64,000 nucleotides of DNA, from assembly GCF_009914755.1 (NCBI RefSeq), contig NC_060947.1; one strand, written 5' to 3'. This DNA is from the human T2T-CHM13v2.0 reference genome, Homo sapiens. Below are positions 1 through 14,129 of this stretch, in pieces. Under the pieces are notes generated by a model that was not told the DNA's origin, ran no database searches, and saw only the letters and a list, made by a program, of their open reading frames with translations. Within the stretch, counting starts at the first letter, position 1. Each line of letters begins with the position of its first letter. Made by a program: the position numbers and the translations under genes.

Positions 1-56
1 AGCAAGACTCTATCTCTAATTTTTTTCATAAAAAATAAAATAAAAAATAAAAAAGA
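1..56 (+). mobile_element. Alu 3' end and A-rich tail, cut by the window edge
   Basis: agcaagactctatctc followed by an A-rich tail. Confidence 0.7.
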
Positions 57-220
57 ACTATGAAAAGAAGGGTTTTTTTTGCCCTCAGGAAACTTGCAAT
101 CTAAATTTTCTTCTAAACCCGGATTTGCTTTAAATGACTTGTCTAAATAAACTTATCTTTCCATGTCATTTTTTATCTTGTTTTTTTAGTTGTTGTTTGC
201 TTACTAAACCTAAGCCTGGG

Positions 221-521
<301 letters not shown>

Positions 522-1592
522 CTAAGCCTTGAAGAAATAAATCTTTTAAAATTTCATTATGATTTTACTTTTGCTACCAACAACACCAGCCTTCTCTAAA
601 AATCTAACTTTTGCTTGTCAACACTCAAAAACAACATTGGTGGAAGCCAAATGTACCTCAAAAGATGAATTTCATGCTTTTTTAGAGGAAAAAGCCTCAT
701 GAACTGTGCTAGGTATTTTGATGATCAGCTCTTCGCATGGACATCTTGTCATGAATATTTATTCATAGGACATTTTCTTTTCTTTTTTAAAGGCTAATTG
801 ATATTTTCATCTGAGCCAAACAGTAAATGTGGCATAGGGAAAGTTGTGTCTCACTATTGGATTCCTGAGTTAGTGAAAGAAAAGAGCTTGTATCTTCTAA
901 AAGTGGAGGTGAATTATGTTTATTCTATAAAATACATAATAAATATCAATAATAATAGATACATAAGAGTCATAATTCTCTATGGGAAGTTATTTCTATA
1001 GCGGAGTAAGAAAAATCTACTGAACCTCCCTCTCTGCCACCACAAATAAACTTCCACGTCCCCAGGGAAAACCTTGTTAAGTGGTATACACTGCCCTCTT
1101 GTGCAGACTGTTTAAACAGAAAAGATCTCACGCACCTATTACATAAAACATTTTTTAAAGCTCTGCATAAAGGAGGAAGACAACTAAATCTGCCAAGGTT
1201 TCTTGTTGATTTATTATAGCTGTTTCATAATCCACAAAGCCATAGTCAGCAATACCCGCAAACATTCTGTATACAAACGACTAGCTAGGTTTACAGTTCA
1301 AATGAGTATAAACTAAATTGTTTCTGTTTCCAAGAATTAAGCAACCATGGATTTTTTTTAAATGTTCCAATTCGCAATGTTCAAATCTATGTGGTACACT
1401 TATCTTTTAAGCGTTTTGCAAGATGCACCAGCACCACGTATAATATGATTCGCCAGCCACAAGAGAACCAGTCATGCCTGAGATTTCTAGAAAATTTTAC
1501 AATGGTTAAAAATGTCTCCACTGGGGCGTTTGTGTTGGTTTTCCTGAAAGGCATGGGATGGTCGTGCAGCCGATTCTCATAACGTCGGGATT

Positions 1593-1594
<2 letters not shown>

Positions 1595-1638
<44 letters not shown>
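1595..1638. repeat. (CT)n microsatellite
   Basis: about 22 uninterrupted CT units. Confidence 0.97.
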
Positions 1639-1643
<5 letters not shown>

Positions 1644-1978
1644 CGTCTGCAAAACAATGGAGCAGGGTTTTCCTGGCTTCTTCTGCTTAGCGCCACTTTT
1701 CTTTTCTTTTTAATTCCCAGGTCCACAAACAATTTTTAGAGCTAAAAGAAAAGGTATGTGGCAATACTTAATTGCTGGACCCATGAAGCCAGGAGGATCT
1801 GAGACTCACTCCGAGAGCCAGGGACTTTCCAATGCGTTGGGAAGCAGCCTCTGCAGGAAGCTCGGCATGGGAAAAAGCTGTACCGGCTGCAAATCGTCCC
1901 TTCTGGTTCCGGCGAGTGACAGCAGAGGGTGACACAGATGCTCACATTGTCAGTGGTCCTTGCTGTGTTCATCTGACC

Positions 1979-2187
1979 CTGCGGTGCTCCACACAGGCAA
2001 CTATGTCCCCAGGGACACTCGACAATGTCTGGAGATAGCTTTGGGTGTCGCAACCGGGGTGGTTGGTGCTCCGGGCATCTGGTGGGTGGAACCCAGGGAC
2101 ACTGCTCAACACCCTGCAGTGCACAGGACACCCCACCCCAGAGGATCATCCACCCAGCCTTAAATGTCCACACTTTGAGAAGGACTG
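1979..2187 (+). mobile_element. MER20 (hAT-Charlie DNA transposon)
   Basis: caatgtctggaga...ggcatctggtgggtggaacccaggga...tgcacaggaca...ttgagaa matches the recalled MER20 consensus. Confidence 0.85.
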
Positions 2188-2491
2188 TACTAGAGGATTG
2201 ATCTGTAGCATTCTAATCCTTATCAGAATCCCAACCTCCATGGTGTCAAGGGAGAAAAACGTGTGTCTCTATTCACGAGAGAAAGAAAAGCTGAGTATCA
2301 GGCAGGACTGGGGTGTGCGGAAGCAGGTGAAGTGGAGCTTCAGAAGAGTGGCCCCATGGGCTTTTGAGGGGACTTCTCTGTTGGGTCGTCTAAATCTTCA
2401 TCCCAAACTCCCCAGTCAATATGTGGTGGATTCGTGTGAAACAAAAAGAGACCAATCGATTTATCTTCATCACCTAAGAGGCCATTCATTA

Positions 2492-3236
2492 TGAAGTAGG
2501 AGACCCAACTTGACTCCGGAGGCAGGGACTTAGACTTTGGACCACACTGAAGACTAGCTAAAATAGGGAAGTGGCAATAGCAATAGCTCCTCTCCATAAG
2601 ACACGCCCACCAGTGCCATGTCAGTTTACTGTTACCATAGCAACACCTGGAAGTTACCGCCCCTTTCTGTGGCAATGATCCAAGAACATGGAAGTTACTA
2701 CTCTTTTTCTTGAAATCTCTGCATAATCTGCCCCTTAATTTGCATGCCATTAGAAGTGGGTATACATATGACTCCAGCACTGCCTCTGAGCTGCTGTTCT
2801 GGACGCACTGCCTATTGGGTAGCCCTGCTCTGCCAGGAGCAGGACCTCTGCTGCTGCTGCTGTGCACTGCCACTTCAGTGAAAGTGGGGGTGGCTCACGC
2901 CTGTAATCCCAGGACTTTGGGAGGCTGAGGTGGGTGGATCACTTGAGGTCAGGAGTTCGAGACCAGCTTGGTCAACATGGTGAAATCCCATCTCTACTAA
3001 AAATACAAAAATTAGCCAGGTGTGGTCATGTGCACCTGTAGTCCCAGCTACCAGGAGGCTGAGGCAGGAGAATCACTTGAACCCTGGAGGTGGAGGTTGC
3101 AGTGAGCCGAGATCACGCCACTGCTCTGCAAGTTGCTGTCTAACACCACGGGCTCACCCTGAAATGTTTTCCTGGGTGAAGCCAAGAATCCTCCCAAGCT
3201 AAGCCCCCAGTTTGGGGGCTCACCTGCCCTGCAACA
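2492..3236 (+). mobile_element. Solo ERV1 LTR, MER66-like, interrupted by an Alu
   Basis: TG...CA ends; 4-bp TSD atta (2488-2491 / 3237-3240); tgaagtaggag...ccataagacacgcccaccagtg. Confidence 0.8.
2886..3130 (+). mobile_element. AluS lacking its first ~10 nt and its 3' end/poly(A)
   Basis: Alu body ends at cactgctctgca and the LTR sequence agttgctgtctaacacc resumes. Confidence 0.9.
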
Positions 3237-3304
3237 ATTAGACAACCACAGTCTGAGTCAAGGACTCTCTGAATGGGATAACACATAGGTTCCTACGACA
3301 GCGA

Positions 3305-3405
3305 GGAAACTTCTAGAATTGCCTGGGGCTAAGGGTTTCCCCAGGATGTGGGACCTTCAGCTTTAAAACCACAAAAGTCCTGGGCAAACTGTAACAGACA
3401 GCCAA
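3305..3405. mobile_element. MER81-like hAT-Blackjack MITE, degenerate
   Basis: ttgcctggggct...gtcctgggcaaac palindromic arms. Confidence 0.5.
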
Positions 3406-3828
3406 TAAGCACAGTTATTCTCCAGCCTGGCTCCAGAGGTCTTCGCTAGGCAGCAATTTAATTTTTAATATGGAAAATATGGCTAAAACTTATTTTTATA
3501 GTATTTTAGGAAACAGGGCATCATTATCTCACATTGCAAATTTAAATCCCAATAGATATTAGACCTTCAAAAAATAAGAATAAGGAGAATTTGCTTAAAA
3601 TTGCAAATAGAGGAATGCTGTCATGAACTTCCTACTTTGTATCTGTCATAATTCTGAATCTAAATCACAATTAGCCTGCAACTGACACTGTAATAGTCAC
3701 CAAAATTTGCAATACCTGCACAGAGTATAGTCAAAGAATTTCAACCAAATCCTTTCTGTTGATCCAACAAAATAAAATGTATACAGATATGAAGGGCATT
3801 GGAGAATGGTGAACAAGTATACTTGGCG

Positions 3829-4238
<410 letters not shown>

Positions 4239-4562
4239 GATACTTGGTGAATTTCTCCTCCACAGGGGAGCTGGCTCCCAGAAGGAAAGAAAGGCCATCC
4301 ACATTCTACAGATGAACAAGTTCACTCCTCACTGAATCCTGTGCATTAGCTTCTCAGATCATCGCAGGATCTCCTTGACTGCAAAGTCAGAAACAACCGT
4401 GGCCATAACTACCACCATCAAAACCAGGAATACACTCCTTGCATTTAGGATTAGATGCAGGTTTTGTGGGAGCTGAAGCTTACAAAATTTCAGAAGTCAT
4501 CTTTCAGAAAATGAATTTGAATGTATCTTACTTTGGGGGATTTTACAAAACTGTACAACCAT

Positions 4563-4695
4563 GTGCAATGAACTGAATGCTTGTGTCTCCCACAATTCCT
4601 ATGCTGAAATCCTCACCCCCAAGATGATGGTGTCAGGGGGTGAGGCCCTTGGGAGGTGATGAGGTCATGAGGATGGAGCCTCCTGAATGGGATAG
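4563..4695 (+). mobile_element. MLT1A-like MaLR LTR 5' fragment
   Basis: ctgaatgcttgtgtctccc...gctgaaatcctcacccccaag...gggaggtgatgaggtcatgag. Confidence 0.7.
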
Positions 4696-4920
4696 ATGAG
4701 AGATCAATATATACATAGACACAGTTAGGAGGAGATGTCACTTAATAACATGCAAAAGTATCAAAATACAATTGCAAATATATAATATTCATAAAATAAA
4801 ACATATATACTTACTTTTAAAAAAATACACTATGATTAAACTAGTCATAAAATCAACAACATTCTAAATGTCTAACTAGTCATAAAGTTACCTGTTATAA
4901 CTTTTGTCATTATTGCATAT

Positions 4921-5145
4921 CAGAGTTTCCCAATCTTGGCACTATTGATATTTGAACCAAGTAATTCTTTATTATGGGAAGCAGCCTGTGCATTGTAGGG
5001 TGTTAAGCAGCATCCCTGGCCTCTACTCACCACATGCCAGTAGTACTCTCCCCAGGTGTATTAACCAAAAGTACAAGCAGACATTGCTGAATGCCCCCTG
5101 GGGTTTGGGTATGGAGTTCAGAATCACCCCAACTGACAACCACTG
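4921..5145 (-). mobile_element. MER20
   Basis: cagagtttcccaatcttggcactattga...gcatccctggcctctac...acaaccactg. Confidence 0.85.
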
Positions 5146-5396
5146 ACATAGACCTGTGACTTCATTTCCTTACCATCTGTGATTCAGTTTCTCATAGTGT
5201 GTGATGGTGAATTTCATATGTCCACTTGGCTAGTGTGATGGTGAATTTTATGCGTCCACTTGACTGGCGTGATGATGAATTTTATGTATCCACCGGGCTG
5301 GTGTGATGGTGAATTTTATCCACAGTGCCCAGACGTGTGGTCAAAGGTTACCCTGGATGTTACTGTGTGGGTGTTTTTGGATGAGATGAACATTTC

Positions 5397-5830
5397 TTTC
5401 ATGCGCGTCCATGTGAAGAGACCACCAAACAGGCTTTGTGTGAGCAACAGGGCTGTTTATTTCACCTGGGTGCAGGCGGGCTGAGTCTGAAAAGAGAGTC
5501 AGCGAAGGGAGATGGGGGTGGGGCCGTTTTATAGGATTTGGGAAGGTAATGGAAAATTACAGTCAAAGGGGGCTGTTCTCTGGTGGGCAGGGGCGGGGGT
5601 CACAAGGTGCTCAGTGGGGGAGCTTCTGAGCCAGGAGAAGGAAATTCACAGGGTTAATCACTCAGTTAAGGTGGGGCAGGAACAAATCACAATGGTGGAA
5701 TGTCATCAGTTAAGGCGGGGCAGGGCCTTTTCACTTCTTTTGTGGATCTTCAGTTACTTCAGGCCATCTGGGTGTATATGTGCAAGTCACAGGGGATGCG
5801 ATGGCCTGGCCTGGGCTCAGAGGCCTGACA
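5397..5830 (-). mobile_element. HERV-H 3' LTR (LTR7 family)
   Basis: Minus strand TGTCAGGCCTCTGAGCCC...GCGCATGAAA; preceded by polypurine tract AAGAAGGCAGGAA (5831-5843); AATAAA at 5456-5461. Confidence 0.97.
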
Positions 5831-6275
5831 TTCCTGCCTTCTTATATTAATAAGAAAAATAAAATAGTGTTGAAGTGTTGGGGCGGTGAAAATTTTTGGG
5901 GGGTGGTATGGAGAGAGAATGGACGATGTTTCTCAGGGCTGCTTCGAGCGGGATTAGGGGCGGCGTGGGAACCTGGAGTGGGAGAGATTAAGCTGAAGGG
6001 AGGTCTTGTGGTAAGGGGTGATATCGTGGGGATGTTAGAAGAAACATTTGTCGTATAGAATGATTGGTGATGGCCTGGATACGGTTTTGTATGAATTGAA
6101 AAACTAAATGGAATAAAAGAAGGAGAAAAACAGGTATAAAAGGTCTAAGAATTGGGAGGACCTAGGACATCTGATTAGAGAGTGCCTAAGGAGATTCAGC
6201 ATAGTCCTGCCAGCAAAGATTATTTATTTACTTCAAGAGTTAAGAGTGGCAGTTTGGGGATAGCACGAGGAGATA

Positions 6276-8201
6276 TCAGCTGTGATGGCTTGGAGAAACA
6301 GTGTAAACCGGCAGTGTAAACAAGAGCAGGGCATGTATGAGTAGTTGAGAACGGTGAATAGGAGTATGACTAGACAGAAGATAGTAGGGATGACAAGTTT
6401 TTTGGGGGGCACAGTCTAAGTTGGTCCGGTGTCTGGAATGAGACTGGGGCCTAATAAAAGGAGTGTCTATACAGGAGCTTAAATGGGCTGTACCCTGTAG
6501 CATTCTGAGGACAGGCCTGATTTCTGAGAAGGGAAAGTGATAAAAGTATTGTCCAGTCCTTTTTGGTGGCTGAGCTTGGTGAGGTGTGTTTTTAAAAGAC
6601 CTTTAGTCTGCTCTACTTTTCTTGAAGATAGAGGACTATAAGGGATATAAAGGTTTCACTGAATACTAAGAGCCTGAAAAACTGCTTGGTGATTTGACTA
6701 ATAAAGGCTGGTCTGTTATCAGACGGTATAGAGGTGGGAAGGCTAAACTGAGGAATTATGTCTGACAGAAGGGAAGAAATGACTGCGGTGGCCTTCTCAG
6801 ACCCTGTAGGAAAGGCCTCTACCTATCCAGTGAAAGTGTCTATCTAGATTAAGAGGTATTTTAGTTTTTGTGACTCAGGGCATGTTGAGTAAAGCTAATT
6901 TGCCAGTCCTGGGTGGGGGCAAATCCTGGAGCTTGATGTGTAGGGAAGGGAGGGGGCCTGAATAATCCCTGAGGAGTAGTAGAATAGCAGATGGAACACT
7001 GAGAAGTTATTTCCTTGAGGATAGATTTCCACGATGGAAAGGAAATGAGAGGTTCTAAGAGGCGGGCTAGTGGCTTGTACTATAGCATAGCCTGCCTTTG
7101 CTGGTGTGTGGCGATTAGGCCTGGTGGAACCACCATCAATAAATCAAGCGTGATCAGGGTGAGGAACAGGAAAGAAGGAAATTTGGGGAAATGGGGTGAA
7201 TGTCAGGTGGATCAGAGAGATACAGTCATGGGGGTCAGGTGTGGTATCCAGAATAATGTGGGAGGCCGGATTGAAGTCCGGGCCAGGAACAATGGTAATT
7301 GTGGGAGACTCAACAAAGAGTGAGTACAGCTGAAGGAGCCGGGGAGCAGAAAGTATATGCATCAGGTATGAGGAAGAAAATAGATTTTGGAAGTTATGAG
7401 AAGTGTAGAGAGTGAGTTGAGCATAGTTTGTGATTTTGAGGGCCTCTAACAGTATTAAAGCAGCGGCAGCCGCTGCACGCAGACATGATGGCTAGGCTAA
7501 AACAGGAAGGTCAAGTTGTTTGGACAGAAAGGCTACACGGTGTAGTCCTGGCTCTTGTGTAAGAATTCTGACCACACTAACCATGCCTAGGAAGGAAAGG
7601 AGTTGTTGTTTTGTAAGGGATTGAGGTTTGGGAGATTAATCGGACACGATCAGCAGGGAGAGCACGTGTGTTTTTATGAGAATTACGCCGAGATAGGTAA
7701 CAGATGAGGATGAAATTTGGGCTTGACTGAAGTAATGGGGGCTGACTGTGAAGCCTTGCGGCAGTACAGCCCAGGTAATTTGCTGAGCCTAATGGGTGTC
7801 AGGGTCAGTCTAAGTGAAGGCAAAGAGAGGTTGGGATGAAGGGTGCAAAGGAATAGTAAAGAAAGCATGTTTGAGATCCAGAACAGAATAATGGGTAGTA
7901 GAGGGAGGTATTGAGGATAGGAGAGTAAATGGGTTTGGCACCACGGGGTGGATAGGCAAAACATTTGGTTGATAAGGCGCAGATTCTGAACTAACTTGTA
8001 AGGCTTGTCTGGTTTTAGGACAGGTAAAATGGGGGAATGGTAAGGAGAGTTTATAGGTTTTAGGAGCCCATGCTGTAGCAGGCGAGTGATAACAGGCTTT
8101 AATCCTTTTAAAGCATGCTGTGGGATGAGATATTGGCGTTGAGCGGGGTAAGGGTGACTAGGTTTTAATGAGATGGTAAGGCGTGCTTGATCGGTCGCCA
8201 A
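6276..8201 (-). pseudogene. HERV-H pol remnants (RT N-terminus; RNaseH/integrase fragments), disrupted
   Basis: ORF 7683-8201 has [32 protein letters not shown] (RT N-terminal motifs); downstream frames are broken. Confidence 0.85.
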
Positions 8202-8608
8202 GGAGGGAGTAGAGGTATCTTATACTTGTGGGTTAAGGTGGGGGATACAAGAGGAGGACGCAAAGGAGGCTCTGGATTGGGAAGAAGGGCGGCAATGAGA
8301 TGCAGCTGTAGTCCAGGAATAGTCAGGGAAGCAGATAATTTGGTTAAAATATCTCGGCCTAATAAGGGAACTGGGCAGGTGGAGATAACTAAAAAGGAGT
8401 GCATAAAAGAGTATTGTCTAAGATGGCACCAGAGTGGGGGAGTTTTAAGAGGTTTAGAAGCCTGGCCGTCAATACCCACAACAGTTATGGAGGCGAGGGA
8501 AACAGGCCCTTGAAAAGTAGGTAATGTGGAGTGGGTAGCCTCCATATTGATTAAGAAGGGGACGGACTTACCTTCCACTGTGAGAGTTACCTGAAGCTCG
8601 GCGTCCAT
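8165..8608 (-). pseudogene. HERV-H protease remnant, catalytically dead
   Basis: FLINMEATHS in place of the D-T-G active site; PVPLLGRDIL motif present. Confidence 0.85.
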
Positions 8609-8658
8609 GATGGTCTACGGGGCTTCTGAGGCGATCAGGCAGCGTCAGTCTTCAGCCG

Positions 8659-8964
8659 CTAAGCCGAGAAGGAGTCAGTCAGAGAGCCTTGGGCCAGAGT
8701 TCCAGGGGCTCTGGGAGTCGCTGCCAGGTGAGTTGAACAGTCCGATTTCCAGTGGGGTCCCGCACAGATGGGACACGGCTTAGGAGGAATCCTGGGCTGC
8801 AGGCATTCCTTGGCCTGGTGGCCAGATTTCTGGCACTTGTAGCAAGCTCCTGGGGGAGGAGGTTCTGGAGGAACGCCTGGCCGCTGCGGTTCAGGCGTTT
8901 GGAAGTTCTTGTGTGCTGGAGATGTGGCTGGGGTTTGTTTCACAGTGGAGGCAAGGAATTGCAA
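8659..8964 (-). pseudogene. HERV-H gag nucleocapsid remnant with two CCHC zinc knuckles
   Basis: CYKCQKSGHQAKEC and CPICAGPHWKSDC. Confidence 0.9.
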
Positions 8965-9723
8965 CTTTTTTTTTTATTATTGTACACCTTGAAGGTGAGG
9001 TTAATTAAGTCCTGTTGTGGGGTTTGAGGGCCAGATTCTAATTTTTGGAGTTTTATTTAATGTCGGGAGTAGATTGGGTAATAAAATGTATATATTGAGA
9101 ATAAGATGGCCTTTTGACCTTTTAGGGTCTAGGGCTGTAAAGCATCTCAGGGTTGCTGCCGAACGAGCCATGAACTGGGCTGGGTTTTTATATTTGATGA
9201 AAAAGAACCTAAACGCTTCTGATTTGGGATAAAGAAAAAGGAGCATTAAACTTGACTATGCCTTTGGCTCCAGCCACCTTTTTAAGAGTAAATTGCTGGG
9301 CAGGTGGGGGAGGGCTAGTCACGGAACGAAACTGTAAGCTGGACCAGGTGTGAGGAGGGGAGGCGATAAAAAGATTATAGGGTGGAGGAGTGGAGGCTGA
9401 GGAAGAATCGGGACCTAGCTTGGCGTGGTGAGGAGGGGAGAGGTCAGATGGGTCTGTAGAAAAGGAAGATTACAAAGACTCGGCGACGCTTGGGGTTGGG
9501 AATGAGGGGACAGGTGGGAGGGGAAAGAAGGAAGATTTGGGATGAGTTGCACTGGGCACAGAGACTAGGAAGGGACTGATGTGTAAAAGAATGCCTGGAC
9601 ATCAGGCACCTCAGACCATTTGCCCATTTTACGACAAGAATTATTTAGCTCTTGTAGGATGGAAAAATTGAAAGTGCCGTTTTCCAGCTATTTGGAGCTA
9701 CTGTCGAGTTTGTATTGGGGTCA

Positions 9724-10982
<1,259 letters not shown>

Positions 10983-11049
10983 AAGAACACAGGCTAAGGG
11001 AGAAGGAGGAATGGAAGGTGGAAGCTTGCCCATAGTGAAGGAGGCAAGC

Positions 11050-11545
11050 CCAGAGAAAAGAGTAGAGACACGGAGAAGGGGTGGGGGTTTCTTGCCCTCC
11101 AGAAAAGCAGAGAAGGGGTCAGGGCGCAGAGATATGAGGTCGGGGCATGGAAATAAGGGATCGGGGCACAGAGATATGAGGTTGGGGTACTTGCCCCTCC
11201 TCCAGAAAAACAGAGAAGGGGTAGAGACACGGAGAGAAGGGGTTGGGGTACTTGCCCCTCCCCTAGAAAAGCAGGACTTGCTGCTGAGGGGAAGGAGAAG
11301 GGGTTGAGGGGTTCTTGCCCTTGCCCCAGAAAATCAGAGAAGGGGTAGAGACACGGAGAGAAGGGGTTGGGGTACTTGCCCCTTCCCCAGAAAAGTGGGA
11401 CTTGCCACTAAGGGTGAAGGAGAAGGGGTTGAGGCATACTTGCCCCTCCCTCAGAAAAGCAGAGAAGGGGTAGAGACACGGAGAGAAGGGGTTGGGGTAC
11501 TTGCCCCTTCCCCAGAAAAGCGGGACTTGTCGCTAAGGGTGAAGG
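11050..11545. repeat. HERV-H leader tandem repeats (agagaaggggtagagacacggagagaaggggttggggtacttgcccc units)
   Basis: several near-identical G/A-rich units. Confidence 0.85.
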
Positions 11546-11830
11546 ACCAAGGCAGGCATCCCTGCGTGGTCTGACACCTCTGAAACATGGGTGAATAATC
11601 AGAGAGGCGTCCCTGCAATGATTAAACACCAAGGGGAGGCTGCCTTCCCAGTCCGTGACCGGCGCTGGAGTTTTGAGTCCACGGATAAAACGTGTCTCCT
11701 TTGTCTCTACCAGAAAATGAAAGGAACTGAAATTAAGAGAAGGGAGAGATTGAAGTGTAGTGCCAAGATTGAAAGGAGAAAGAGGTTGAGGGATAGTGAG
11801 GGAAGTTGGAGAACAGAGTAAAAAGAGGCC

Positions 11831-11840
11831 GCTTACCGGA
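11831..11840 (-). promoter_or_regulatory. HERV-H major splice donor
   Basis: Minus strand AAATCCG|GTAAGC; GT starts at 11836. Confidence 0.7.
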
Positions 11841-11962
11841 TTTGAAATTGGTGAGATGTTTCTTGGGCTGGTCAGTCTGAGGACCTGAGGTCATAGGTGG
11901 ATCTTTCTCACGGAGCAAAGAGCAGGAGGACGGGAGATTGATCTCCCAAGGGAAGTCCCCCA

Positions 11963-11980
11963 ATCCGAGTCACGGCACCA
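11963..11980 (-). promoter_or_regulatory. Primer-binding site, tRNA-His
   Basis: TGGTGCCGTGACTCGGAT, 2 nt from the 5' LTR. Confidence 0.95.
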
Positions 11981-11982
11981 AA

Positions 11983-12416
11983 TTTCATGCACGTCCATGT
12001 GAAGAGACCACCAAACAGGCTTTGTTTGAGCAACATGGCTGTTTCTTTCACCTGGGTGCAGGTGGGCTGAGTCCGAAAAGAGAGTCAGCGAAGGGAGATG
12101 GGGGTGGGGCCGTTTTATAGGATTTGGGAAGGTAATGGAAAATTACAGTCAAAGGGGGTTGTTCTCTGGTGGGCAGGGGCGGGGGTCACAAGGTGCTCAG
12201 TGGGGGAGCTTCTGAGCCAGGAGAAGGAAATTCACAGGGTTAATCACTCAGTTAAGGTGGGGCAGGAACAAATCACAATGGTGGAATGTCATCAGTTAAG
12301 GCGGGGCAGGGCCTTTTCACTTCTTTTGTGATTCTTCAGTTACTTCAGGCCATCTGGGCGTATACGTGCAAGTAACAGGGGATGCGATGGCTTGGCTTGG
12401 GCTCAGAGGCCTGACA
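11983..12416 (-). mobile_element. HERV-H 5' LTR (LTR7 family), promoter
   Basis: 434 bp; 14 differences from the 3' LTR by eye; TATAAAA at 12113-12119 (minus); poly(A) hexamer mutated to AAGAAA at 12042-12047. Confidence 0.97.
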
Positions 12417-12699
12417 ATTTCTATCTGTGGAGTAACGCCGTTCCCCCTCCATGATGTGGGTGGGCCTAGTCTAATCCGTTGAAGACCTGACCAGAACAAA
12501 GATTGACTTCCCCCAAGCCAAAAGGCATTTTGCCACCCAACAGCCTTTGGACTCAAACTGTAACCCTTCCCTGAGTCCCCTGCTTGCTGGCCCACTCCAT
12601 CAGCTTTTGGACTCTCCAATCCCCCCAATCACGTGAGCCAATTCCTTAAAATAAATGTCTGTGTATCTACTGATATCAATATCTACAGATTGATATTTG

Positions 12700-12752
12700 T
12701 GCAAAGAATAATTTGGCCCAAGTGTCAATGGTGCCAAGATTGAGAAACCCTC
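12700..12752 (+). mobile_element. MER20 3' fragment
   Basis: caaagaataatttggcccaagtgtcaatggtgccaagattgagaaaccct. Confidence 0.7.
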
Positions 12753-12968
12753 GTGTAGAATGACAAAACTTCGACGAGTTGGATAAATATCTTAGAATGT
12801 TGTTGGTTTTATCACTGGTTTTAAACAGTGCAATTCTTTAAATTAAGTGTAATTTTTTAAATTAATATTTTTATTTTATTATTGATATATAGATGTAGAC
12901 ATATAGGTATAAATATAGATATAGATGATATAGGTATAGATACACACTCACCCTATTGGTTTCTCTTT

Positions 12969-13024
12969 GTTTTTGCTATTATTTTCAATGACACAAGCCG
13001 CAATTACATTTACACCAACCTACT
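12969..13024. mobile_element. MADE1 (Hsmar1 MITE), partial
   Basis: ttttgctattattttcaatgacacaagccgcaattacatttacaccaaccta matches one TIR plus the core of MADE1. Confidence 0.7.
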
Positions 13025-13154
13025 AATACACAGTGATTCTGAGTCACCTAGAGGTTCTTTTTTCCTTGGCTTTTTCCAAGAATCCAGGCTTTTATGGCAT
13101 GTTCCTCTTATTCCTTCTTCTGAATCCCATTTCCCATCATGTCCCCCTCCCTGA

Positions 13155-13517
<363 letters not shown>

Positions 13518-13754
13518 AATTCTTTGCATTTTAAGGCATTGTGTGAAGCTGGATATTTCCTGGGACTCTGGCCTCAGTCTCCCTTTTCTGTATGAGTAGC
13601 CCTGACTTGGAGATTGAGTATCTTCTTTGCACATTTAACTCTTTCTAAGCTGCTATCGGTTCACTGGGGAAGTTCGCCAGGTTCCAAATGCTGTCTCATT
13701 TACTGTCTTGCAAAATCTGGGTTGAAGAAGAACTGGGCTGGCATATTTGTTTTT

Positions 13755-13763
13755 GGTTTTATT

Positions 13764-13806
<43 letters not shown>

Positions 13807-14093
13807 TTTTTGAGACAGAATCTCTGTCTGTCGCCCAGACTGGAGTGCAGTGGTACCATCTTGTCTCACTGCAACCACCACTCCAGGGTTCAGGTGATTC
13901 TCTTGCCTCAGCCTCCTGAGTAGCTGGGACTGCAGGTGCCCGCCACCACGCCCAGGTAATTTTTGTATTTTTAGTAGAGATGGGGTCTCACCATGTTGGC
14001 CACGCTGGTCTCGAACTCCTGACCTCAAGTGGTCCACCCACCTCAGCCTCCCAAAGTGCTGGGATTACAGGCGTGAGCCATTGCGCTCAGCCA
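13755..14093 (-). mobile_element. AluS with a (TTTA)n tail
   Basis: antisense Alu dimer; tail converted to a tetranucleotide repeat. Confidence 0.93.
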
Positions 14094-14129
14094 GATTTGT
14101 TTGTTTTTCAATCAAATTGAAATGCCCCT

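Noticed and set aside
7683-8964. Functional HERV-H Gag/Pro/Pol
   Set aside because: Frames are broken, the protease DTG is replaced by NME, gag is split by L1, and no env is seen
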